IMG/VR virus record: IMGVR_UViG_3300032277_000011
Location: 1 to 43,679 of that record
Direction: 5' to 3' (one strand)
Source: a virus
Lineage: Duplodnaviria > Caudoviricetes
DNA: 43,679 nucleotides
The position numbers and the translations under genes were made by a program. Each line of letters opens with the position of its first letter. Positions within the stretch are counted from its first letter, which is position 1. The notes beneath the pieces are model-generated. The model made no database searches. It was not told the origin of the DNA and worked only from the letters and a program-made list of their open reading frames with translations. Shown piece after piece: positions 15,935 through 25,584 of the stretch.

Positions 15935-15973
15935 ACTTGTTCCGCTTTACCCCTAACTTATTTGTAGTTTCTT
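15878..15973 (+). repeat. 16-bp direct repeat TTATTTGTAGTTTCTT
   Basis: Exact copies at 15878-15893 and 15958-15973. Confidence 0.8.
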
Positions 15974-15984
15974 TAACTTTACTC

Positions 15985-16013
15985 TTGACAAGTACAGTTC
16001 TTTATGGTATAAT
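15985..16013 (+). promoter_or_regulatory. consensus sigma70 promoter for the packaging/structural arm
   Basis: Perfect TTGACA-N17-TATAAT with TGn extension. Confidence 0.9.
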
Positions 16014-16114
16014 GTTATATAAGCTAGAGAAAGGTTTCCTTAAGATGTCCAAGTCTAAACTATTCCCTTTGAGAGCGAAGCTCCAACTTCTTCTAACGTT
16101 AAAGGATTAATCTT

Positions 16115-16654
16115 ATGGCTAAGTCTACATTGTTTCCTACAGCACAAATGAAGAGTGATGGTGGTATCTGGTTGACTAGAGCCTTGTTCTATGAGACAGC
16201 CTTAGGTCCGGTAGATAAGAAGTATACATTGTTTACCTTGAAGGAAGAGAACCATGAAGGTTACCAGTCCTTTCCTAACCTGTACTTCGCTATGACTGAG
16301 AATGATCCTACTGAGTACGAGATGGCTATGACTCTCTTTGGCTCATGGGAACACTGGTGTACTATAGCTGACAGTAAAGAACTTAAACCTGTAGTAGCTA
16401 AGTTACGTGAAGAGAAGAACGTAAGACAGAAAGCTAAGGCAGTCAAGTTCATGTTAGATGAAGTATCCAGTAAAGGTAAGTCTTCCTTCCAAGCAGCTAA
16501 GCTCTTACTAGCTAAACCTTGGGAAGATACTCCTGTAGTCGAGACACCTAAACAAACTAAAACTAGAGTCAAGACAGCCAAACAAGAAGACAAGACAGTC
16601 TATTCAGATAAGGCTTTAAGTGCTGATGCTAAACGATTAGGGATGATAAACTAG
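16115..16654 (+). CDS. putative terminase small subunit
   Basis: First gene of the structural arm, helical, basic C-terminus; assigned by position only. Confidence 0.5.
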   Translation: MAKSTLFPTAQMKSDGGIWLTRALFYETALGPVDKKYTLFTLKEENHEGYQSFPNLYFAMTENDPTEYEMAMTLFGSWEHWCTIADSKELKPVVAKLREEKNVRQKAKAVKFMLDEVSSKGKSSFQAAKLLLAKPWEDTPVVETPKQTKTRVKTAKQEDKTVYSDKALSADAKRLGMIN

Positions 16655-16658
16655 AACC

Positions 16659-16955
16659 ATGTACATCGTATCCCCTAACCCCACAGTAGAGCTTAATACC
16701 TTAGCTGCCTTAGGGCATACAGGGACAGTACAGGACGTACAGTTCTCATACCTTAGAGCAGCTGGTTATACTGGCACCCTACAAGATATGCTTAAAGCTT
16801 ACCTAGAGGCCATCTATGGTGTTAGTTGGTATGAAGCTCTGCAAGAGCTTAGAGAGGGTTCGCTCTCCTTCGGGTCTCTTGTTCTATTTGTTCCATCAGG
16901 CAGTGACAGCTTTATTACATCTGACGGTAAAACTTTTAAAGTAAGGGAATACTAA
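16659..16955 (+). CDS. small virion-associated hypothetical protein
   Basis: ORF track; internal GxTGTxQD repeat; adjacent to tail fibre genes. Confidence 0.6.
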   Translation: MYIVSPNPTVELNTLAALGHTGTVQDVQFSYLRAAGYTGTLQDMLKAYLEAIYGVSWYEALQELREGSLSFGSLVLFVPSGSDSFITSDGKTFKVREY

Positions 16956-16956
16956 A

Positions 16957-18726
16957 ATGGCTGATTATAATTCTGCAAAGACAGGGGCACAGGTAGACGA
17001 TGGGACAACCTTTTCACTAACCTCAAAGAATTTCTCCACAGCGGCAGAAATGATTACCTCCACAAAGTTAAGTATTGGAGATATTGTAGAAACTAAAGGA
17101 CACCTTTTAGAGCATGATGGGTCTGGTGCTAGGTATGAGATCGTAGCGGCGGCAACAGGAACGGCCGATGATTCAAATTACGTCAATCTCACAGGTATCA
17201 CAGGACAAGCGCGGCTGTTGTCTTCCGACAGTTTTAATAATACGCAGAACCTAACCAACTTTATTGGTGGTACACAGAGACATATTTTGTGTGGAATAGA
17301 CAGCCTAACCGATGGGGCGGGTGGTGACAGTTATGTAGAGTTTATGCGCGACACCGTTGCTAAATATGGCGGTTATGGTGGGCTTGGCTTTATTTCGTTT
17401 GAAGCCGGCGCGTGGTCTAGAGAGGGGTTAACTTCTGGTTTTGGTCAATCAGGCTTCACCTACATTAGCACCTTAACCAAAACAGACAGTCCTGCTAAAT
17501 ATTCACTGATGTTCGGCGGTGCACACGACGCAACTTACACAAACGCCAACACATTAGATTTTGATATTGATGAGGACTGGGATACTTGCCGTGTGTATTA
17601 CCTTCAGCAGGCCAGTGGGGCGACGTTCAAAGTAGACCATTCGACCTTAGCAAGCGGAGACTACCGTTATACTGTTGATACGTCCGGCGCAGTGGGTCTT
17701 GCATATGTGGATATTACAAGAGACACAGCAGAGGGTTCCGGCCTATCTATCAAGCATTCGGCTGACGGTATTCTGTCAGTCTTTGGAGCATACTTTGCTA
17801 GATCAAATGGCTTCCCAATAGTTTCACGCGCCGCGTCAGGTTCATTAAAGATGTCGGAAGCTGCGGCTATGGACGCAACAGCACAGGCCGCTTGGTTTAC
17901 AAACCTCGATCCAGATGTGTTAGTTTTAAACGGCGGAATGAACGACAGAAATACGGACAGCGCCGCAACCTACATAGCCAATGTGTCCACATATTTAGCG
18001 AATAAGAACTCTGGTTGTGACGTGCTTCTAGTCGGGCCTAACGCGGCGGGAGACGAAACCACCTCAAACCTTGAAGCATATCGACTTGCGCTCCGTGATC
18101 TAGCTCTTGCTTCCAATTACGGGTTCATAAATGTTAACCATGCTATAGGTGGGTATGATCAAGCTGTTGATTACGGGTTGATGTTCGACACGGTTCACCC
18201 CAACACAAAAGGGAATCGTGTAATTGCTGCGGCTATTGGTAGTTATCTCGGCTTCCCGTCAGGTAGTGAGGCATTTACTAGACCTAGTTATGATGTCCCT
18301 GCATTATCTTACGAGTATTCTGGGTCTCTTACCGAAGTACACGACGACTCGGTTGCCGCGTCAGGTACGTTAGTTGCCTATACTCTTGGTCTTACGAATG
18401 CGTATCCGTCTATGCTTTTGGAAGTAATTGTTACCTCACAACGTGCTGGTACAGGGGCGGTGGTTCGAACTAGATGGCTACTGACAGTCACTAACTCCAC
18501 AGTCGTTGATGCTGCCACGGAGGTGAGCGCTGTAACGGAGATAGAGGAGTTCAGAACAACTGCTGGTGATTTTAGCGCCCATAACCATACGATTACTGCC
18601 GCAATTGTAAGTAACAAAGCTGAAATTACTTACACAGCCTTAGTTCACGAACAGATAGTCCACATCCAAGCTAATTGGGTATTTGGTAATCTTACTGTGC
18701 AAGGTACGAGCGTGTATGAGGCGTGA
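16957..18726 (+). CDS. tail spike/fibre with SGNH (GDSL-like) esterase domain
   Basis: Block I GIDS, block III GMND, block V DTVHPN; N-terminal ETKG...DGSGARY tailspike-type head domain. Confidence 0.75.
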   Translation: MADYNSAKTGAQVDDGTTFSLTSKNFSTAAEMITSTKLSIGDIVETKGHLLEHDGSGARYEIVAAATGTADDSNYVNLTGITGQARLLSSDSFNNTQNLTNFIGGTQRHILCGIDSLTDGAGGDSYVEFMRDTVAKYGGYGGLGFISFEAGAWSREGLTSGFGQSGFTYISTLTKTDSPAKYSLMFGGAHDATYTNANTLDFDIDEDWDTCRVYYLQQASGATFKVDHSTLASGDYRYTVDTSGAVGLAYVDITRDTAEGSGLSIKHSADGILSVFGAYFARSNGFPIVSRAASGSLKMSEAAAMDATAQAAWFTNLDPDVLVLNGGMNDRNTDSAATYIANVSTYLANKNSGCDVLLVGPNAAGDETTSNLEAYRLALRDLALASNYGFINVNHAIGGYDQAVDYGLMFDTVHPNTKGNRVIAAAIGSYLGFPSGSEAFTRPSYDVPALSYEYSGSLTEVHDDSVAASGTLVAYTLGLTNAYPSMLLEVIVTSQRAGTGAVVRTRWLLTVTNSTVVDAATEVSAVTEIEEFRTTAGDFSAHNHTITAAIVSNKAEITYTALVHEQIVHIQANWVFGNLTVQGTSVYEA

Positions 18727-18785
18727 TGGTATTCCTAGAATCAGACTACATGGATCGCAACGCGGAATAATTAGAAAGAGTATTT

Positions 18786-20018
18786 ATGACTAAGAAAGCA
18801 ACAGTAAAGACTATCACGTCAGGTCACGCATCTAACACACAGTTGAACTTCAACTTCGATGCCCTGAATGATCAGTTCGACAATACTCTATCACTAGATG
18901 GTAGTACCCCTAACGCCATGGGTGCTGACCTAGACATGAACTCTAACAATATCACTAATGCAGCTGATGTCTCAACTAATACCTTGACTGTAGCTGGTGT
19001 CTTAGTTACAGATGCTACCTACGTACCTAACTGGGAAGGCCCTTGGGTTACAACTAAAGCGTATGTCATAAACGACTTGGTTAGTGAAGCCGGTAGTTCT
19101 TATATCTGTCTAGTAGCCCATACTTCAGGCACCTTCTCAACTGACCTAGCCGCCAACAAGTGGGAACTCTTTGCTCAACAAGGCGCAGCGGGTGCTGGTA
19201 CAGGAGATATGTTAGCAGCTAACAACCTATCTGATGTAGCTAATACTGATACCTCCTTAACTAACTTAGGTGGTGGTACAACTGGTATAGCTATCTTTAA
19301 GGACAGTACAGCAGCAGCAGTAAGAACTGAACTAGGGTTAGATGCCTTAGCTTTACTAGCTACAGTTGACACAGCACAGATAGATGATGACGCTGTAACC
19401 TTAGCTAAGATTGCTGCTGGTACAGATGGAGAACTCATTACATGGGATGCCTCAGGTGACCCAGCTACAGTAGGTGTAGGTACGGCAGCTCAAGTCTTAA
19501 CATCCAATGGGGTAGGTGCAGCCCCAACATTTCAAGATTCTGCTGGAGGTGGAGCATGGACAGCAGGGACTGAGACGGTTATATCTTCTGATGCAACGGC
19601 CGATTTCACAGTTGATTTAGCAACATACAAGGCTGTTAGGTTTTTATTCAGGAATGTTGTCCCCGCGACAGACAATGTTGATTTAGATATGTTAGCCTCT
19701 ATTGATAGTGGGTCTAATTACAACCGAACTTTACATAAAGACACAGTGACCAGCACAACAGGAATACCGTTGATTGAGGCTAACGGTAGTGGAACAAGTG
19801 AATGGGGTGTTTCTGGTTTTGTTGAGGTCTCACAGTTGTCATCTGCATATGGAAGGTGGATACAAAATCTTGTTACCGAAGACAATTCAGGAGTAATGCA
19901 ATCTGATGTAGTAGGTGGCTCTATAAATACCACAACAGCAATAACCAACATTCGTTTTAAAATGGATAGTGGGAACCTAGAATCCGGCACAATTCAACCC
20001 TTCTACTTAACAGGATAA
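18786..20018 (+). CDS. tail fibre protein
   Basis: N-terminal anchor DNTLSLDGSTPNAMGADLDMNSN, CBM-like W..AY..NDLV...SYIC..AHTS segment, AVTLAKIA repeat. Confidence 0.8.
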   Translation: MTKKATVKTITSGHASNTQLNFNFDALNDQFDNTLSLDGSTPNAMGADLDMNSNNITNAADVSTNTLTVAGVLVTDATYVPNWEGPWVTTKAYVINDLVSEAGSSYICLVAHTSGTFSTDLAANKWELFAQQGAAGAGTGDMLAANNLSDVANTDTSLTNLGGGTTGIAIFKDSTAAAVRTELGLDALALLATVDTAQIDDDAVTLAKIAAGTDGELITWDASGDPATVGVGTAAQVLTSNGVGAAPTFQDSAGGGAWTAGTETVISSDATADFTVDLATYKAVRFLFRNVVPATDNVDLDMLASIDSGSNYNRTLHKDTVTSTTGIPLIEANGSGTSEWGVSGFVEVSQLSSAYGRWIQNLVTEDNSGVMQSDVVGGSINTTTAITNIRFKMDSGNLESGTIQPFYLTG

Positions 20019-20022
20019 TATC

Positions 20023-20310
20023 ATGGCATTTAAACATAAAGTAGACGGTGAGACTGTTGAGTTAACAGAAGCCCAACATGCGGCTCTTTTCCCTATAAAA
20101 ACACAAACTGAGATTGGTGCCGAGTCGGAAGCTAAAGTACAGAGGAATACTGATGCCATCCTACAGAATGACAAGAAGTTCCGTGTTGTAGTTGAGCTTA
20201 TCTTCGACACTCTTGTAGCTGTCAAGACTGGTAACCTATCAGCCTTTGATGGGGTGACTAATAAGACTACCTTCCGTGACCACATAGTAGAAAGATTTAG
20301 AAACCTATAA
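20023..20310 (+). CDS. putative tail fibre assembly protein
   Basis: Small ORF directly after the fibre; VDGETVELT N-terminus. Confidence 0.5.
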   Translation: MAFKHKVDGETVELTEAQHAALFPIKTQTEIGAESEAKVQRNTDAILQNDKKFRVVVELIFDTLVAVKTGNLSAFDGVTNKTTFRDHIVERFRNL

Positions 20311-20311
20311 G

Positions 20312-21841
20312 ATGCCCCCACTCACTAAACAAGACGTAAGAGAAGCAGCTGAGGCTGACCTCCTTACCTTCATTAAGCTTGTAGCTCCTGAGAGAGTACT
20401 AGGGCAAGCACATGAAGATGTATGTCACTGGTGGACTCGTCAGGACGCTAAGGACCATCAGTTGTTGTTGTTCCCTCGTGACCACCAGAAGTCAGTCCTA
20501 GTAGCCTTCAGGGTGGCTTGGAGCCTCGCTAAGGACCCAACACTAAGGGTACTCTATATCAGTGCTACGTCAGGACTAGCTGAGAAACAACTTAACTTCA
20601 TTAAACAGATTCTAACATCCAAGATATTCACTGCCTACTGGCCTGACCATGTACACCCTGAACAAGGTAAGAGAAGTAAGTGGACTAACACTGAGATTGA
20701 ACTAGACCACCCTAAACGTAAACAGGAGAAGGTAAGAGACCCCTCAGTATTCACTGCTGGTCTAACTACATCTATCACTGGACTACACTGCGACATAGCT
20801 GTACTGGATGACGTAGTAGTACAAGAGAATGCTTACACTAAGGAAGGTCGTAACAGAGTTCAAGGACAGTACTCCCTCTTAGCATCCATTGAGTCAACTG
20901 AATCTCAAGAGTGGGTAGTTGGCACTAGGTACCACCCTAAGGACCTATACAATGATATGCTTGAGATGGTAGAGGAAGTTTACGATAAGAATGGTGACAA
21001 GGTAGGTGAAGAGAACATCTATGAAGTCATGGAGAGAGCAGTAGAAGATAATGGTGATGGTACTGGTGACTTCCTTTGGCCTAAGTCTCAACGCCTAGAT
21101 GGTAAGTGGTTTGGGTTTGACATCAGTATCCTAGCTAAGAAGAGAGGCAAGTACCTAGATAGAATGCAGTTCAGGGCGCAGTACTACAATGATCCTTCTG
21201 ATCCTGATAACCAACCAATAAGTAATGACAGGTTCCAGTACTTTGATCGTAGTCATATAAGGGTTGAGTATGGTGATGTATTCTTTAAGGATCGTAAGCT
21301 TAATGTTGTAGCTGCTATTGACTTCGCATTCTCAACCAGTAAGAAGGCTGACTACACAGCTATTGTTGTTGTTGGTTGTGATTATGAAGGTAACCTCTAC
21401 GTACTGGACATCAACAGATTCAAGACTGATAAGATCAGTGACTACTACAAAGAGATAGTTGTTATGATGCAGAGATGGTCCTTCACCAAACTAAGGGCTG
21501 AGGTTACAGTAGCTCAAGCAGTTATAGCTAGAGACCTTAAGCAACGCATCAAGGAACAAGGGTTATCCCTCAAGGTAGATGAGTACAGACCTAAAGGAAA
21601 CAAAGAGGAACGTATGTCAGCTATCTTAGAACCTAGGTATGACAACTTAGCTATCTGGCATTACAGAGGTGGTCTATGTAGAGACCTAGAGGATGAGCTA
21701 GTGACTAACAACCCAGCACACGATGACATCAAGGATGCTCTATCGGCTGCTATTGATATTGTAACTAAGCCTATGAGGTCCAGAGCTATGACCCAAGGCA
21801 ACAAGAATGTAATTAACTTTAACTCAAGGTTTAGAGGCTAA
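20312..21841 (+). CDS. terL: terminase large subunit
   Basis: PRDHQKS Walker A variant, AVLDD Walker B, GTRYH, nuclease AIDFA and HDDIKDA. Confidence 0.93.
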   Translation: MPPLTKQDVREAAEADLLTFIKLVAPERVLGQAHEDVCHWWTRQDAKDHQLLLFPRDHQKSVLVAFRVAWSLAKDPTLRVLYISATSGLAEKQLNFIKQILTSKIFTAYWPDHVHPEQGKRSKWTNTEIELDHPKRKQEKVRDPSVFTAGLTTSITGLHCDIAVLDDVVVQENAYTKEGRNRVQGQYSLLASIESTESQEWVVGTRYHPKDLYNDMLEMVEEVYDKNGDKVGEENIYEVMERAVEDNGDGTGDFLWPKSQRLDGKWFGFDISILAKKRGKYLDRMQFRAQYYNDPSDPDNQPISNDRFQYFDRSHIRVEYGDVFFKDRKLNVVAAIDFAFSTSKKADYTAIVVVGCDYEGNLYVLDINRFKTDKISDYYKEIVVMMQRWSFTKLRAEVTVAQAVIARDLKQRIKEQGLSLKVDEYRPKGNKEERMSAILEPRYDNLAIWHYRGGLCRDLEDELVTNNPAHDDIKDALSAAIDIVTKPMRSRAMTQGNKNVINFNSRFRG

Positions 21842-23586
21842 TGGCTACAGGTAGAACGATAGATATAGACAAACTAGTATCCCCTGATGACCTAGCCTTA
21901 GAGGTAGTTGATAAGTGGCGCGTATGGGATGGTCAGATAGAAGTCAAGAAGAAGGAATGGTCTGAGGTACGTGACTACGTATACGCTACTGACACCAAGA
22001 CTACATCTAACGCTATGACCCCTTGGTCTAACAGCACGACTATCCCTAAGCTTACACAGATTAGTGATAACCTACATGCTAACTACTTTGCTACTTTATT
22101 CCCTCAGATGAAGTGGATGAAGTGGGAAGGTGATTCTCGTAATACTAATACAGCAGCTAAGAAGGAGGTGATCCAAGCCTACATGGAGAACAAGGTAGAC
22201 CAGTCAGGTTTTGTTGATACCATGTCAGACCTCCTACGTGACTGGATTACATACGGTAACTGCTTCGCTCAGGTAGTCTATGAAGATGCTAGCACTCCTA
22301 TGGAGAATGGTGAAGTCATCACTAGGTACACAGGACCTAAGCTAGAGCGTATCTCACCTTGGGATATCAGGTTTAATCCTGTAGCTGCTGAGTTCTCTCA
22401 GACCCCTAAGATCATTAAGTCTATCAAGACCTTTGGTGACATAGCCCTTATGGTTGATGAGCAACCTGAGAATGCTGACCTCAAGGATGTACTAGACCGT
22501 ATGGTTGACTCAAGGGCTGCTATCTCAGATGCTCAGGAGTCCCGTAAGAACCAAGCCTACATTGCTGATGGGTTCTCTTCCCTACGTGAGTACTACGACT
22601 CAGACTATGTAGAACTATTAACCTTCCGTGGTGATGTATTCGATAAGGTAACTCGTACTCTCCGTAAGAACAGGGTCATTACTGTAGTAGACAGACGTTA
22701 CATACTATCTGATAAGGAAGGTCCAGAATGGAATGGTACAGCACCTATCTTCCACTCAGGCTGGAGAACAAGACCTGATAACCTATACGGTATGGGTCCC
22801 CTAGATAACCTAGTTGGTATCCAGTATAGAGTAGACCACCTAGAGAACATGAAGGCTGATGTCTTCGATAACATTGCATTCCCTAAGAAGGTTATTGCTG
22901 GTGAAGTAGAAGCCTTCGAGGATAAACCTAATGAGAATATCTTTGTTGGTGAAGAAGGTTCAGTAGGTTACCTACACCCTGACACTACAGCACTCAATGC
23001 TGACTTCCAGATACCTGCTCTACTTAACTTAATGGAGGAGATGGCTGGTGCCCCTAAACAAGCTATGGGTATCCGTACAGCTGGAGAGAAGACAGCCTTT
23101 GAGGTTAGTACTCTAGCTGAAGCAGGTAACAGAATCTTCGTACATAAGACTAACCACTTCGAGAGAACCTTTGAGGAACCTATCCTTAACGCTATGCTTG
23201 AGACATCAAGACGTAACATGAATACAGCTGATACCCTAAGAGTTCTTAATGATTCTACTGGTGTTGTAGTATTCAAGGACATCTCCAAGGATGACATCAT
23301 CGGCACTGGTTCAATTAAACCTATCGGTGCTAGACACTTCGCTGAGAGAGCACAGAGACTACAGAACCTAACACAACTACACCAGATTAAACTAGGTGAT
23401 CCTACTGTAGCTCCACACCTATCAGGTAAGGTCTTAGCTAAGATACTCACTGAGGAGCTACGTGAACCTGATATGTACTCAGAGAACATTAGTGTACATG
23501 AACAGATGGAGACACAGCAGGTAGCACAGGAAGCTCAGGTACAAGCTGAAGAAGAACAACAGATAGCTGCTGAGTTAGGTATATAA
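21841..23586 (+). CDS. portal (head-tail connector)
   Basis: 581 aa after TerL; YGMGPL and GIRTAGEKTAFEV motifs. Confidence 0.9.
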   Translation: MATGRTIDIDKLVSPDDLALEVVDKWRVWDGQIEVKKKEWSEVRDYVYATDTKTTSNAMTPWSNSTTIPKLTQISDNLHANYFATLFPQMKWMKWEGDSRNTNTAAKKEVIQAYMENKVDQSGFVDTMSDLLRDWITYGNCFAQVVYEDASTPMENGEVITRYTGPKLERISPWDIRFNPVAAEFSQTPKIIKSIKTFGDIALMVDEQPENADLKDVLDRMVDSRAAISDAQESRKNQAYIADGFSSLREYYDSDYVELLTFRGDVFDKVTRTLRKNRVITVVDRRYILSDKEGPEWNGTAPIFHSGWRTRPDNLYGMGPLDNLVGIQYRVDHLENMKADVFDNIAFPKKVIAGEVEAFEDKPNENIFVGEEGSVGYLHPDTTALNADFQIPALLNLMEEMAGAPKQAMGIRTAGEKTAFEVSTLAEAGNRIFVHKTNHFERTFEEPILNAMLETSRRNMNTADTLRVLNDSTGVVVFKDISKDDIIGTGSIKPIGARHFAERAQRLQNLTQLHQIKLGDPTVAPHLSGKVLAKILTEELREPDMYSENISVHEQMETQQVAQEAQVQAEEEQQIAAELGI

Positions 23587-23589
23587 AGA

Positions 23590-23823
23590 ATGAAACAAGA
23601 TTGGCTTAAAGGTTGTAATACCGAGAAGGACAGAGCTGCACGTAAGGCTCAACTCTCCTCTTACAAACAAGCCTATAAAGAATTAGCTCTAGTCCTTAAG
23701 GGTCTTGAGTTAAGTGAAGCAGTCATTGATTATAGTGATGGATGGCAGCATAAACAGGCGCACCGCAATGGAGAGCTAACCATGCTCAAGCGGGTCAATG
23801 CCCTACTAGACCTAAAGGACTAA
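23590..23823 (+). CDS. small head-module hypothetical protein
   Basis: Between portal and scaffold; WQHKQAHRNG. Confidence 0.7.
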   Translation: MKQDWLKGCNTEKDRAARKAQLSSYKQAYKELALVLKGLELSEAVIDYSDGWQHKQAHRNGELTMLKRVNALLDLKD

Positions 23824-23830
23824 ACTAAAG

Positions 23831-24601
23831 ATGAGTAATACATTATTTGATGATCCAAAACCAGTGGATACTCAAACTGTTGTCAATGATGATGGTACGG
23901 TAACCACTCCGACTGCAATCGAACAACTTGTAGGTGAAGGTAAAAAGTTTAAGGACGTAGAATCCTTAGCACTAGGCAAGGTAGAGAGTGACAAGTTTGT
24001 AGCTAAACTACAGGCTGATCTCAATGAAGTTACCAGTAAGCTTAGTGAACAAGACTACGCCAAGAACCTACTAGAACAACTACAGACAAACACAAGCACG
24101 AAAACTAACACCGTGAATCCTGTAGTTCAAGACCCCGTTAGTGCTAAGCCAGAGGACGATACCCTGTTCAAAGCTAGTGAGGAAAACCTTAAAAACCTTG
24201 TGGAGAAGACACTTAAAGATCGTGAAGTACAGAGTAAGGCTGACGCTAACCTGAAGGTTGTCCGTGATGCCTTGGAGAAAGAATACGGTACTGAAGCTAC
24301 TAACAAGCTTAAAGCTGTAGCATCTGAGTTAGGACTCACTGAGTCTTACATTGATACTATTGCCTCTCAGTCACCAGCTGCTATCTTCAAGATGATTGGA
24401 CAAGCTGACAAAGAGTTTCAACCTAACGTAAATACTACAGTACGAACTGAGGGTGTTAACCTTACCTCGACTAACCAAAGGAACTCTAAGTTCTATAGCG
24501 ACATGTATAAACAAGATCGTAAAGCTTGGTCGAGTCTTGAAGTGCAGAACCAGATGGTTGCTGATGCAGCTAAACTTGGTGATGCTTTTTATAAGCCATA
24601 A
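23831..24601 (+). CDS. capsid scaffolding protein
   Basis: Helical/coiled-coil, LVGEGKKFKDVESLA, directly before MCP. Confidence 0.8.
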   Translation: MSNTLFDDPKPVDTQTVVNDDGTVTTPTAIEQLVGEGKKFKDVESLALGKVESDKFVAKLQADLNEVTSKLSEQDYAKNLLEQLQTNTSTKTNTVNPVVQDPVSAKPEDDTLFKASEENLKNLVEKTLKDREVQSKADANLKVVRDALEKEYGTEATNKLKAVASELGLTESYIDTIASQSPAAIFKMIGQADKEFQPNVNTTVRTEGVNLTSTNQRNSKFYSDMYKQDRKAWSSLEVQNQMVADAAKLGDAFYKP

Positions 24602-24620
24602 GACAACATAGGAGAACATT

Positions 24621-25565
24621 ATGTCTGGCGAAACTACAGGAAATAACGCACTACTGATCCGGCAGAATATCTATTCAGGTCAGATCAAGGAAGCGTTGCA
24701 AGACGAACTTATTGCTATGCAGTGGGTCGATTGGATGAATGACTTTACTGAGGGTTCTTCGACCTTCAAGATTCCATCCATCGGTGAAGCTGTTGTAGAT
24801 GACTATGTTGAGGACGACGAGATTAAGTTCCGTCCACTTGACAAAGGTGAGTTCACAATGACCATCGATAAACATAAGACATCGGGTCATTACATTACTG
24901 ACACAGCTATGGAAGACCTCTTCTACGCTAATCAGTTGATGGCTAAGATTCCTGCTGCTGAGAGTCGTGCGATTCTTAAACAGCTTGAGTCTGATATCAT
25001 GGCTCTACAAGGTAGTCAAACTGCTGCTGACACTAATACTATCAATGGTGGTAAACACCGCTTTGTTGGTACTGGTTCAAGCAACGTGATTGCAGTTGAT
25101 GACTTTGCTCGTGCTAAGCTATCTCTCAAACTGGCTAACGCTAGTGATCGTAACATGATTGCTATTGTTGACCCGTCTGTTGCTTACACACTAGAGACCT
25201 TGACTAACCTCACTAACGTTTCTAATAACCCTCGTTGGGAAGGTGTTGTAGCTGAAGGTATGACTTCAGGTATGCGCTTTGTTAAGAACGTCTTCGGGTT
25301 TGATGTATATGAATCCAACTACACTGATACGATTGTGACTGAAACACTTGAGACAGTGAACGTTGCTGGCTTCGCGGCTAACATGTTCTTCTCTGCTGAT
25401 GGTGATGAAGGTCCTTTCAAAGGTGCTTGGGCACGTATGCCTCGTCTCAAAGCATGGGAAGAAGAAGCCCGTGAGCGTACCAACTATGCGACATCTAGTC
25501 GTTATGGCGTTAAGCTGTACCGTCCTGAGTCCCTAGTTGTTATCCCAACTAACACTTCAGTTTAA
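24621..25565 (+). CDS. major capsid protein
   Basis: Strong RBS, FKIPSIG, C-terminal YGVKLYRPESLV typical of T7-supergroup HK97-fold MCPs. Confidence 0.9.
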   Translation: MSGETTGNNALLIRQNIYSGQIKEALQDELIAMQWVDWMNDFTEGSSTFKIPSIGEAVVDDYVEDDEIKFRPLDKGEFTMTIDKHKTSGHYITDTAMEDLFYANQLMAKIPAAESRAILKQLESDIMALQGSQTAADTNTINGGKHRFVGTGSSNVIAVDDFARAKLSLKLANASDRNMIAIVDPSVAYTLETLTNLTNVSNNPRWEGVVAEGMTSGMRFVKNVFGFDVYESNYTDTIVTETLETVNVAGFAANMFFSADGDEGPFKGAWARMPRLKAWEEEARERTNYATSSRYGVKLYRPESLVVIPTNTSV

Positions 25566-25584
25566 GATAGAAAGGAACTAAGTT

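Noticed and set aside
15425-16044. Plus-strand ORFs 15425-15628 and 15805-16110
   Set aside because: They run through promoters, repeats and AT-rich control DNA without a good RBS; only the last 21 codons (16045-16110) were retained
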